Position numbers and translations under genes: made by a program. Source: Chrysomallon squamiferum (Eukaryota; Animalia; Mollusca). From it: a stretch of 64,000 bases of DNA. The notes beneath the pieces were generated by a model. That model was given only the letters and a program-made list of their open reading frames with translations, was not told the origin of the DNA and did not search any database. The stretch spans positions 37,820,001-37,884,000 of the forward strand of contig CM022670.1 in assembly GCA_012295275.1 (NCBI GenBank), in the 5' to 3' direction. Shown here in pieces: positions 31,796 through 42,589 of this stretch; positions within the stretch are counted from its first letter, which is position 1, and the number at the start of each line of letters is the position of its first letter.

Positions 31796-32518
31796 CAGTG
31801 GTACCTTGACTTACGAGTTTAATTCGTTCCGTGATCGAGCTCGTATTTCAATTTGCTCGTATATCAAATCATTTTTCCCAACTGAAATTAATTGAAATAC
31901 CATTAATCCGTTCCAGTTCCCCAAAACCACCCCGATTTTACTAAAAATTTTGTAACGTGTTTTTAAATAAGATAAATGTATGTATAAATGACATTTATTG
32001 CATAAAAACAAAATAAAACGGAATGTAAAGAAATAAATTGGTTTTGTAAAGTGTATTTATCTTGGAGGTCAGACAAATTATTTTAACGCCTTTGGCTGGA
32101 GTTACATCCTTTATTGACTCCTTCAGCTTCAATATGGTACATTTCATAGAACTACTACACTCGTACTGCCTAGGCAAGTCGAATACATGCACACCTCGTT
32201 CATGTTTTTCTATGAATTCATGCTTTAATTCAATGGACATCATCCGCTTCTTCTTCTTGGCAAATTACTGCACAAAACGGGGGTAACAACACAACTGAGA
32301 TGCTTTCGTAGCGAGGTAACCACGTGAAGTAAACGAGTGAGACGCGGGATGCTGAACTGATGTTGTGTTGTTCGTTGCGCCAAGCAACGACGGCGTATTT
32401 GAGGCTTGCTCGTAACACGGATTTTGATTCGCAACTCAAGGCAAACATCGACTTAGCGACTGCTCGTAACTCGAAAAACGCGTAACTTGGGGGGCACTGG
32501 TGAGTCGAAGTACGACTG
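31796..32518 (-). mobile_element. Non-autonomous Tigger/pogo-type DNA transposon (internal deletion)
   Basis: Imperfect ~23-bp TIRs (CAGTGGTACCTTGACTTACGAGT / CAGTCGTACTTCGACTCACCAGT), TA on both sides, and a TIGD1-like N-terminal HTH fragment KKKKRMMSIELKHEFIEKHERGV...TILKLKESIK. Confidence 0.9.
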
Positions 32519-32626
32519 TATTTGACTACCGCCATTATTTTTACCCTGGCATGTAATTCTGACATGTATCATCACTATATACATGCCGAACAAATATCTG
32601 TATTTTATTATTATTTTATTTTATTA

Positions 32627-32681
<55 letters not shown>

Positions 32682-32878
32682 TTATTTTAATTTTTTTTAA
32701 CACAATAAATATTGTAAAAAAAAAAAAAAATAAAGATAACCACCCTGTTTGCTATGACGTCACAATTGCAGAAAAATGGAAGCTTCAGGATATTTTTGAA
32801 ATCTCTTTCCTTGTTAGACTCAACATTAGTTAGTTTAATATAGAAATGATAATTTATAAACAAGAAGTAAAATATGAT

Positions 32879-32895
32879 CGTCACTGGGTGGACTC

Positions 32896-32946
<51 letters not shown>

Positions 32947-32952
32947 AGAGAC
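32879..32952 (-). tRNA. tRNA-Asn(GTT)
   Basis: Identical 74-nt copy. Confidence 0.97.
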
Positions 32953-33489
32953 TGATAGTAAATGTAACGCGTGTTGGGCTTTCGTTAACAGCATTGTAGT
33001 AGCATAATATCGATGCTCATCAGCAGTAGCAGCAGCAGTAGTAGTAGCAGTAGTAATAATAGCAGTAGTAGTAATAGTAATAGTAGTAGAACTGAACTCA
33101 AAGTAATAGAAGTTGTTGCAGCTGCTGATGTAGCAGCACCAATTGCCAGAAATAATAGTAACTGATGTGGTTATCTTGAAAGCAGTGATACATAAATAAA
33201 GTGTTTGAAATCCACTGACGTAACCATTCAGTATAAAAGCAGTTTTAGTGTTAGTATGTTAGAGTTAGAATGTTAGAGGTTTAGACACAGAATTTCTTTA
33301 CATAAAAATGCTAAGGTGAGGTAATTCTTGTCCTCTTTTCCATTCACTCATCTACAGGTTTTCAGATAAAAGGAAACGATAAAATGTAGTGAATGATGTT
33401 ATAGTATGCATGCATTTCTGCTCTATTACTAACATTATAGGAATGTTACTGGTATTTTTATAATGGTAGCCGGTTTAAAAATTGTTGTC

Positions 33490-33900
33490 AGTGACCAGAT
33501 TTGCCCAGACGATTTGGGATAAATCTTGAATCCCCCATTCATGATGTTCTTTGGCCCTCAAATTTGTTGTTGGCTAAATCTGTGTCATCACTGACCCAGT
33601 CACATCACAAGTCATATTATGTACGTCATCAGAATTCCTCATAATTAACTTGAATAATCCTCTGCAACACTCGCTTTTTGAATGATTTTCAGTGTCTTCC
33701 TTGAAGGGTGTTTTGATCTTGGATGCTTCGCAAAATTCCTCACGACATATTCTGAATCCCCAGTCAGCCAAAACATGAAGGCAATGCACAGTCCCTTCTT
33801 CTGTTTCTTTTGGAAGTACTCTTGGGCAACCTGGACCTAGTGCACTCATCAGCAACCTTCCCCTGATTTCACCACCACATATGTGGGCCAGATTTACCCC
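33490..33900 (-). mobile_element. Degenerate pogo-family transposase fragment (CENP-B-type HTH)
   Basis: GPGCPRVLPKETEEGTVHCLHVLADWGF...IKTPFK resembles the GxPxVLxxEEExxLVxxxxxxAxxGF...KTPFK region of pogo-like transposases. No TIRs identified. Confidence 0.5.
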
Positions 33901-34244
33901 ATCCTTGGTGGCCAGAATTGCTACAAGTGGTGCAGTAAACAAAACAGACACCACTTGCCTAATTACCACATATTAATAAAGCTTTTGTCTGCTGAGCTTA
34001 TTAAATGATTTTATGTTCTGCCTGTTGCAAGTTATTACTTACTTTATGTCTACGTATCTAAAGCAATAACTCTCATCTTTCACACTTGAAATGCTCTTTG
34101 TTTACTACTTTCCTGACCACAGTGTTCCACTTCATTACCTTCATCTTTTGTTCTAATGAGAATGGAAGGTTACAGCTATATCAACAAAGATACAGAAGCC
34201 TAGTCAGAGCAGTATAGTACAATATAAGAATAAGTATATATGTA

Positions 34245-34296
<52 letters not shown>

Positions 34297-34408
34297 TAAT
34301 AAAATAACAACTAAACACAAAGGAGCTAATCAGATTTCATAACTATGAAGCCATTGTGAAACGCATCCAAAAGTATATAGTGCTTTGTAAGAATAATAAA
34401 AACAAAGT

Positions 34409-34425
34409 CGTCACTGGGTGGACTC

Positions 34426-34460
<35 letters not shown>
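34409..34460 (-). pseudogene. 3' 52 nt of tRNA-Asn(GTT), 5' part replaced by a poly(A)-tailed element
   Basis: Exact match to gene nt 23-74, then an abrupt T11 run on the + strand. Confidence 0.92.
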
Positions 34461-34461
<1 letters not shown>

Positions 34462-35488
34462 TTTTTTTTTTATCTTTATTAGTATAATCACCAGTTGTAC
34501 ACAATTAAAATAACATTACAGCTGTAAATAACAATAACAAAAAACTATTTCCTCTCACACACTCAGTCACACTCATTCACACTCACATGCATGCATACTT
34601 ATTTATTCGGAATATTCATATATATTTACAGTATTTTATAGTATTAATTCTTTTATCCATTTCCATGGTTTATCTATATTGATTATTTGTAGTTTTCCAA
34701 AGGATATTTGAAAATAAGTATGTCATCTTTTAGTTCTAGGAAAATATTGTTCTTAACATATTTGTTAATAAAAATTGAAAGTTTGTTTTGAATACGATAT
34801 TGATTTAGAATGAGTTTAAAGCACTGATAGATATAATTTCTAAAAAAATGTATTATATTGATATTTGTTCCTTTCATTTGAGCTATTACACGCCTTTGCG
34901 CCACATTCGGACTTAATAATATGTAGCAAAACATTTCAAAGAACAACGAATTCGACTATTAACTTTTAGTTCTTATTACACCTGTGGCAGGAGGTGTACA
35001 ATGTTCTAATAAGATTGTTTATTGCTAATTATGTTTTCGGTTGCCAGTTTTTTGCTGATTTTTTTTTATTCACTGGTTTTGTTGTTCTGATTTGTGTTTT
35101 ATCATCAGTGTTGTTTGCAGTCTCAAATGTTACAGTTCTGTGATTTAATATCTACAAAACATTCATTTTTTTTTCTGTTCTAACAAATTTTGTAAATTCA
35201 CAAAAACGATCTTCTAAAATGTCCCGTGCCTTTTCATATATAACACAAGTCTTTTTTTACATTCTCTTATATCATCATTATCTGCCATGCGACTTCACAG
35301 AATTAGGCACATTTGAAATCACAGGTGAAAATTTAACTTTTATATATCTTGATTTTCAGGAGTTTGATTTTTTTAATGGCTAAAAATGGAAATCAATTCA
35401 TTTTTCTTCTCAGTTATTTCAACAGTGACATCCTTTTGCACAAAATCAATTATATGATCCATGGAAAATATCACGTGATAACCTTTTT
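34461..35488 (-). mobile_element. Degenerate non-LTR retrotransposon copy (L1/Tx1-like 3' end) inserted in tRNA-Asn
   Basis: The minus strand ends AATAAAGAT(A)11 after a ~165-nt 3'UTR. A frameshifted reading frame, NINIIHFFRNYIYQCFK...KPWKWIKELIL* (stop at 34636), resembles L1/Tx1 ORF2 C-termini. The element is flanked by a long direct duplication. Confidence 0.7.
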
Positions 35489-35616
35489 TAGTACAATAAT
35501 AAAATAATAAAATAACAGCTAAACACAAAGGAGCTAATCAGATTTCATAATTATGAAGCCATTGTGAAACGCATCCAAAGTATATAGTGCTTGGTAAGAA
35601 TAATAAAAAACGTAAT

Positions 35617-35633
35617 CGTCACTGGGTGGACTC

Positions 35634-35684
<51 letters not shown>

Positions 35685-35690
35685 AGAGAC
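35617..35690 (-). tRNA. tRNA-Asn(GTT)
   Basis: Identical 74-nt copy. Confidence 0.97.
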
Positions 35691-35771
35691 TGATAGCATA
35701 ACATTGCCTTTATACTGAACTTCCGTTAAACTTTATCTTAAAGTGTACACCTGGCAGAATGTGCAAATCAT

Positions 35772-35849
<78 letters not shown>

Positions 35850-36126
35850 TATTCAGCTTAATATTTCATTGTTTTGCGAGACCAATTATGGTTCACAGTT
35901 ATTGTAAGAATAAAAAAGTGCTAGTAGTACTAGTAGTAGTAATACGTCTACCACTAACACTTCTACTATTATCACTACATACACTACTATCATTATTATT
36001 ACTAACACTAGTGCTACTATTACTATTGCTTCTCTTGCTAATGTTACTGTTACACTTCTGTAAGTTTATGTTTGTAATTCTGCTTTAAGGAATGTTTGGC
36101 ACACGTAGCACTTAACATCAGTCTCT

Positions 36127-36177
<51 letters not shown>

Positions 36178-36194
36178 GAGTCCATCCAGTGACG
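35850..36194 (+). repeat. Inverted copy of the tRNA-Asn plus upstream-flank unit at 31117-31465; third, direct copy at 45256-45600
   Basis: 35850-36120 is the reverse complement of TGATGTTAAGTGCTACGTGTGCCAAACATTCCTTAAAGCAGAATTAC...GGTCTCGCAAAACAAT. Homologous junk ORFs appear in the track at 31247, 35759 and 45387. Confidence 0.92.
36121..36194 (+). tRNA. tRNA-Asn(GTT), T-stem C>T variant
   Basis: 74-nt copy with CCATC instead of CCACC (G-U pair in the T stem); T run downstream. Confidence 0.95.
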
Positions 36195-36386
36195 ATAAAT
36201 TTTTTTTAATTTATATTTTGCTCAAATCAAATTTATATTAATTTTCATTCAATTACTGACTGAATTTCAAAAATTATTTAAAAATGTTCTATAAAGAAAT
36301 TCATCGAACTGTTATTTATCATTTACCATTAGTACTATCAGACTGTTAATAATTTCGTTAATATATGTAACATTAGTATCAGTATC

Positions 36387-36417
<31 letters not shown>

Positions 36418-36627
36418 TAAGCAGCAGCCGTAGTAGTAGTAGTGGTAGTAGATACCAACAACAGCTGCAAAGATAGCAACAGTATTATTTGAAACATACT
36501 TCAATCCAGTCGTAACAAACAAAACAGTTTTAGTGTTAGTATGAAAGAGTTACGAACAAGTGGGAATACTGGCCTGTAATATCTTCTCGGTAACATTGAC
36601 TATTACATATTCATTGTTCATTTGCAG

Positions 36628-36819
36628 CGGTTGTAGGGGGATACCCTGTGTGTCCACGTGGTTGTACAAGCTGCTCTCACGTCAATGGCTGCGTCACGTG
36701 CGAGTCGCAGTATTTCATGTTCCTGTACCGACAGAACATGCGCCAGATCGGAATATGTACCCCAAGCTGCCCAATCGGTTACTATGGAGTCCGGCACCAG
36801 TACTACAGCAAATGTAACA
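36628..36819 (+). CDS. RSPO: R-spondin exon 2, furin-like repeat 1 (TVVGGYPVCPRGCTSCSHVNGCVTCESQYFMFLYRQNMRQIGICTPSCPIGYYGVRHQYYSKCN)
   Basis: TTTGCAG acceptor and A|GTAAGT donor, phase 1-1. Cys spacing and motifs CSxxNGC, LxRxxMRQxGxC and CPxGYYG match RSPO FU1. Confidence 0.95.
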
Positions 36820-37140
36820 GTAAGTTGCTATGGTTTCAACGTTTTGTACTTGTTGATTGCAAATAAGTCTACGTCGTCCTTTTCTCAGAGTTTTTCTCTA
36901 AATAATAATGATGATGTTTTTGATGATGATGATGATAATGGTAATAATAATTTTAAAAAATAGTAATTTTATTGTTATTTTATTTTTCTCCGTTTTTAAC
37001 TTTGAATGGTGAACTCGTTTAAATTGCAAATAAACAAACGAACAATAATAGAAAAACGAATTTAAATAAATAAAAAAATAAAAGAAATAAAAAAAATAAA
37101 CATTATATTCTAAATCAAATAATCGAAAACCACTCATTTA

Positions 37141-37179
<39 letters not shown>

Positions 37180-37342
37180 ACAACAAAACATACTTTATCA
37201 CATAATTCAGCCTGTAAGCCATATTTAATTTTATCCATTTTTGTTTACCTGTTTGTTTGTTTTTTTCTTCTAATTTATTTTTTTACCCCGTAAACATTTT
37301 GTCTAACGTGTTAACTGTCTGTCTGACTGTCTGTCTGTTCAG

Positions 37343-37492
37343 AGTGTCACATCGAGCACTGTGAGGCGTGTTTTAGTCGTCACTACTGTACCAGATGTCA
37401 GACGCCCTATCTGGCTTACCAAGGACAGTGTGTTGAGAGCTGTCCTCAAGGACTCTACTATGCCAACTATTCCAAAGACTGCAGGGAGAAAG
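37343..37492 (+). CDS. RSPO: R-spondin exon 3, furin-like repeat 2 (KCHIEHCEACFSRHYCTRCQTPYLAYQGQCVESCPQGLYYANYSKDCREK)
   Basis: GTTCAG acceptor and G|GTAACG donor, phase 1-1. Matches RSPO FU2 (KCxIEHCEACFS). Not in the ORF track; translated by hand. Confidence 0.95.
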
Positions 37493-37745
37493 GTAACGTA
37501 CAAAGACTTCAGTTCAGATACGATTTCTGTCTAATGTTTTAGGAAAGGGTGCATGACTGGACTCTGCCTGTCAGTAGAAATACGATTTTATTTAATATTT
37601 TGTCAAATATTTATATTCTGCTTGTTCTATGTCAGCTATTTATATATGTATATTTTAACACATACACACACAGAGACACACTGCACACGCACGCGCACAC
37701 ACACGCAAACACAAACTGACATAAAAAAAATATATATATATAAAC

Positions 37746-38108
37746 AATGCTGATGCTCGTATCATTTTAATACACAAAAAACATACAGGCATAATATTAT
37801 TTATTATATCTGCTCTCTGAATACACACACACAAACTCACTCCTACACACACAAACACACACACTCACTCCTACACACACACAAACACACACACTCACAC
37901 ACACAAACAACATACCCAGAAAAAAAGAAAGAAAAAACCCCAATGATGATGCTCATATCATTTTAATACACAAAAAAAACCCATACAGGCATAATACTAT
38001 TTATTACATCCGCTCTCTGAATACACACACACACAAACACACACACACACACACACACACACCTACACACACCTACACACACAGACACCCACACACACAC
38101 ACCCACCC
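37746..38108. repeat. ~195-bp tandem duplication with (CA)n tails in RSPO intron 3
   Basis: AATG.TGATGCTC.TATCATTTTAATACAC...GCTCTCTGAATACACAC occurs at about 37746 and 37942. Confidence 0.85.
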
Positions 38109-38159
38109 AATTATTACTGTCATTATCTCTTGTTCTAACGAGTTTGTTGTAACCCACAG

Positions 38160-38345
38160 TGGACTGCATGGTGGGGCCGTGGAGTCCGTGGACTGTCTGT
38201 TCACGTAACAGTCAGACGTGCGGCTTCAAGTACGGCGTGCAGACGAGAACGAGGCAGATTCTGGAGTACCCTTCGCCCTCTGGAGCGGGGTGTCCTTTAC
38301 TGACAGAGAGCCGCCGATGCCGGATGGCTCGGCGATTTTGCAATG
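38160..38345 (+). CDS. RSPO: R-spondin exon 4, thrombospondin type-1 domain (VDCMVGPWSPWTVCSRNSQTCGFKYGVQTRTRQILEYPSPSGAGCPLLTESRRCRMARRFCN)
   Basis: CCACAG acceptor and G|GTAGGT donor. WSPW, TCGFKxG, RTR and ESRRC motifs are typical of the RSPO TSR. Confidence 0.95.
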
Positions 38346-38596
38346 GTAGGTGCTGCACTGAGCAGTTAGTAGTGTTTTGTGTGACAGTCATTGGGAGCTA
38401 GGGGTAGTTAAGAGATAAATTTAAAAAAAAAAAGGTAAAAAAAAAAAGAGAGAAATGTATTTAAAAATTCGTATAGGAAACTGTAGTGTGTTTATGTTAA
38501 ACGTTTGTAAAGTTTAGAATTAAAAAAAAGAAAGAAAACGAAACATCTCCCAAAAAAAAAATCCAACCCTAACCCCCCAAAAACCTACAGAATATA

Positions 38597-38679
<83 letters not shown>

Positions 38680-38879
38680 TAATAATAATAATAAAATAAT
38701 AATAATAATAATAATAATAATAATTACAACAACAAATGATGAATAATAATCATAATAATAATAATAATAATAATGATATTTATAATATGCACAAAAAAAT
38801 CAAAATGACGATTATCATACAAATTATAAAATAACGATAATAAATAAATAAATAAAAAAATAAATAAATAAATAAGAAA

Positions 38880-38915
<36 letters not shown>

Positions 38916-40242
38916 AAAAAGCCTCCAAATAAACCACAACATATTACATATTATAAAAAAGCCACATGAATGTACCATCAGAGTTCAAAACACCCGTTTA
39001 TATATGTATAAAGAAGAAGAAGAAGAAGAAAGAAAAGAAAATTGATAAAAACGAAACACAAAAAGCCGTGTCTAACTTGCATTGTTTGAACTGAATTTAA
39101 ACGACTGAGCTGACAACGTCGCTGTCTTCACACAGGTTTTAACGACATACATCATAGGTCGGCGTGCGTGGTTTTTCAAAACACTGTATCAGAATTTATT
39201 CAGAATAAAACAGGCAAAGGTCAGAGTCATCCAGTACTCTCCATAATTTAACACTGCAGTTTCAAGTGAACTGAAAGGAGGTGTTTAAAAAAAAGAAAAA
39301 AAAAAAAAATAAAAAATTTTAGATTTCAATTTTTTTTTTAAAAAGTAGAGATTTAAAAAATTAAATTTAAAAACAGTTTAAAAAGAGAATAAGATGAAAG
39401 ACTTGCAGAGGGCATGGAGGTTTGTAAAAAATGAAGTTGAGAAAAAAAAAAAAAAAAAAAAATTAAATAAAGAAAAGCGAAAAAGTATGCATAATAATTA
39501 ATAAAAAAATAAAAATAATTAGTTATGAGAAATCCGACAGTTATTTTAAATGAAATTTTTTATTTAAAAAATCTTCGGAAAAAAAAAGAAGAGAAAATAG
39601 ATCCAAAAGCAAAACCGATTCTTATTTTTTTTTTTTAATAATAATAAAATAAAAAGTTAAAAGTTTATTAAAAAAATGAGAATTATTGATTATTTATGAA
39701 CTTTTCAGGTTAGCGTTATATTACTTGAAATATTCTCTCTCCCCATAACATAACGAAGAAAAAAAAAAACTTTCGTAAACAAGATTGAATAAGAAGATAA
39801 AAAAAAAATCTAAAATTAATCAAGATAAAATATATAAAAAAGAAAGAAAGAAAGAACGAGGAAAAAAGATAAAAATGGGAGAAATGATGAAAGAGAAAGT
39901 AAATCTTACATTTAGATAAAATAAACAAACAAAACAACATATAAACAAATAAAAATTTAAAAAATTTAATATAGAAATAAAATTAAGAAACAATTGGCTT
40001 GTCGCCTTTTTTAAACAGAAAGTAAATTCAATTTTTAGAAATAAATAAAATAAGATGTATGAGACAGATGTTTTAGCCAGTTGTTAATAAGTTTTGATTT
40101 ATGATGTCTACTTCAGATTTACAATGAACTGAGAAAGTAAACAGAATACAAAAAAAAAAAAAAAAAAAAATCTTGTTTATTTCTTAATATTTTTTATAAA
40201 TTGTATTTTTGAAAGTGAAAGCGAGAGAAAGGTAACACTCAA

Positions 40243-40302
<60 letters not shown>

Positions 40303-40344
40303 AACAATAACAATAACAATAACAATAACAATTATAATCATAAC

Positions 40345-40375
<31 letters not shown>

Positions 40376-40981
40376 TAAGAAAAAAGTACTAAAAAGTTTT
40401 GATGAAATCAAAAATATAGAAATATTTATTTAATGAAGTATAATCTTTTTCGGGAAATATTTACGTGATTTAATTGCAATATTCAGGAATGTAATTTTTA
40501 ACATTTCATTTATTTTATTTTCTTCTGAATGTTTATGACTTTCTTAATTGTTCTTTTAGCTTTCTATTACAACTTTTACAACATTTTCTATGTTATCATT
40601 TTTTTTTTCTTTTCACCTGTGCAATTTTAAATATGTTATCTTCAAATTCTTTCGAAAACGTTATAGCGATATTTTTATTATTTTTGACTGCAATTTTCAT
40701 TAAAAACAAAAAGGATGCCTTTGTTTTTTAAAATCTAAAGTATTGTTTTTTTTGTATGACAATTTTTCGTACATATTCTTACTTATGCTTTGAAACTTGC
40801 AAAATAAAGACACTTTAAACATAACAAACAAAAAGTTTAAACACTTTTAATGTTATTTTCACTTTACTTTTATGTTGCCATTTGCTTCAGATCAAAGAAA
40901 GGAAAAACTTACTTATATTTTAAAAGTTTGCACTAATCCGGCTACTTATTTAATGCCACATGCATAATATTTTTCTGTTGC

Positions 40982-41013
<32 letters not shown>

Positions 41014-41119
41014 TTGTTTATTTATTATTTTTATTGTTGCTGTTGTTATTGTCGTTATTATTATTATTATTATTATATTATTATTATTATTATTTTTAGA
41101 GCTATGTTTATACCTTTTA

Positions 41120-41156
<37 letters not shown>

Positions 41157-41158
41157 GT

Positions 41159-41193
<35 letters not shown>

Positions 41194-42362
41194 TTAATTT
41201 ATTTACAAAAAAATAAAAAATATATATAAACATTTATTTTTAGGCTTTCGGTCTAACAATAACTGTCCGGATGCGGATTTTGTTTTTGTTCTCTTTTTCA
41301 GCTAACAGAATTTCTACGCCTGTTGGATTGTCCACCCCCGACCCTCATTTAATTGTTGATAGCACTACCCACAGTAACTCGAGTAACAGCTAACATACTT
41401 AACATCTAATTCTAGATTATCTGTGTCATGCTTTCTAAACTAGTTTTCCTGTAGGTGTTGCGCTTTCAAACAGTAGTTAATCATTACTCGCCTGTTGAAC
41501 TGTACTACCGAAATACATAACGCATATTTTTGTTTCTGTGTAAATTATAGTTTAAAAGCCTTTACTTATTTTTATTTATTTATTTATTTATTATTTGTTT
41601 ATTTGGTGTTTTTTTATTTTTTATTTTTAAGTGAATGTTTTTCAAATTTCTTTTTTTTTCTTTCTTTTTTTCTTTTTTTTTATTTAATTATAAATTTCCT
41701 AAATCATTAAATTTAAAGTGAACGAAATGTTACCGAAAGAGCATTCCAGTATTAGGGGCAGTTGATGTGAAAGAAAAATATATTTTTTTTCTGATGATGA
41801 TGATGATGATGACTATTATTATTATATTATTATTATTATAAAGAAAGTATATCATTTCTGTAATTTATGAATTAGTAATCAAGAATTTCAGCTGCTTTCT
41901 TTTGCATAACATATATCTAAGCAATAAAAAAAATTAATAATAAAAACAAACAAACCAATAAATAAATAAATAAATGAAAAAAGCTAGTTGGATCAAATTG
42001 AAAAAGATAATTTTTGTGGCTTCGAAAATCAAAATCCTTTCTCATAAAAATAAATGATTTAAAAAAGGAAAAAAGAAGGGTTTTTAAAGTTGCTATAACC
42101 ATAGCTTAGAAAAACAATGTAGTTTAATCAACTTGTTTCAGCTTTGTAGAGCAACGCTTTTCGCTTTTGATTTTTTTTCTATATCTTTTTATATTAACTA
42201 AACCACACACTATCCATGTTGTTGCCTTTTCTATTCCTTCGTTCGTTCCTTTCTGGACTATCATTATTATATATATATGTATATATATATTTTTTAACGA
42301 GTGAGGAATGAACGAAATTTTATTTACATGCCTCAGAATAACTCTAAAACTCACACCCCCAG

Positions 42363-42589
42363 GGCAGTGCAATCGCCGGAAGCGGCACAGGAATCGGAAA
42401 CGGAAACGCAAGCGAAAGCGAGGCAAAGAAAGGCGACGAGGTCGAAAAGGTCGGAAGAGAGGCAACAAAGAACGAAAACGAGGACACCGCAAAGAACACA
42501 AAAGACGAGTTCGCAGGCGTCGTGTGTGTCGTGATACAAAGAGATGCTTCAGACGATATCTGTGTTCAAGAAAAAGAACCAGAGGATAA
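42363..42589 (+). CDS. RSPO: R-spondin terminal exon, Lys/Arg-rich C-terminal tail (GQCNRRKRHRNRKRK...SRKRTRG*)
   Basis: The CCCCCAG acceptor at 42362 is phase-compatible with exon 4; stop TAA at 42587-42589. A basic tail is the expected last RSPO module. Spliced CDS is 843 nt (280 aa). Confidence 0.8.

Noticed and set aside
34950-35488. ORF1-like coding remnant in the 5' half of the non-LTR copy
   Set aside because: Only short stop-interrupted frames without a motif I can name; needs a profile search.
42331-42342. CCTCAG acceptor at 42336 as the start of the RSPO last exon
   Set aside because: With the phase-1 GTAGGT donor it gives GAA TAA, an immediate stop. The 42362 acceptor keeps the basic tail in frame. 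Minor use cannot be excluded.
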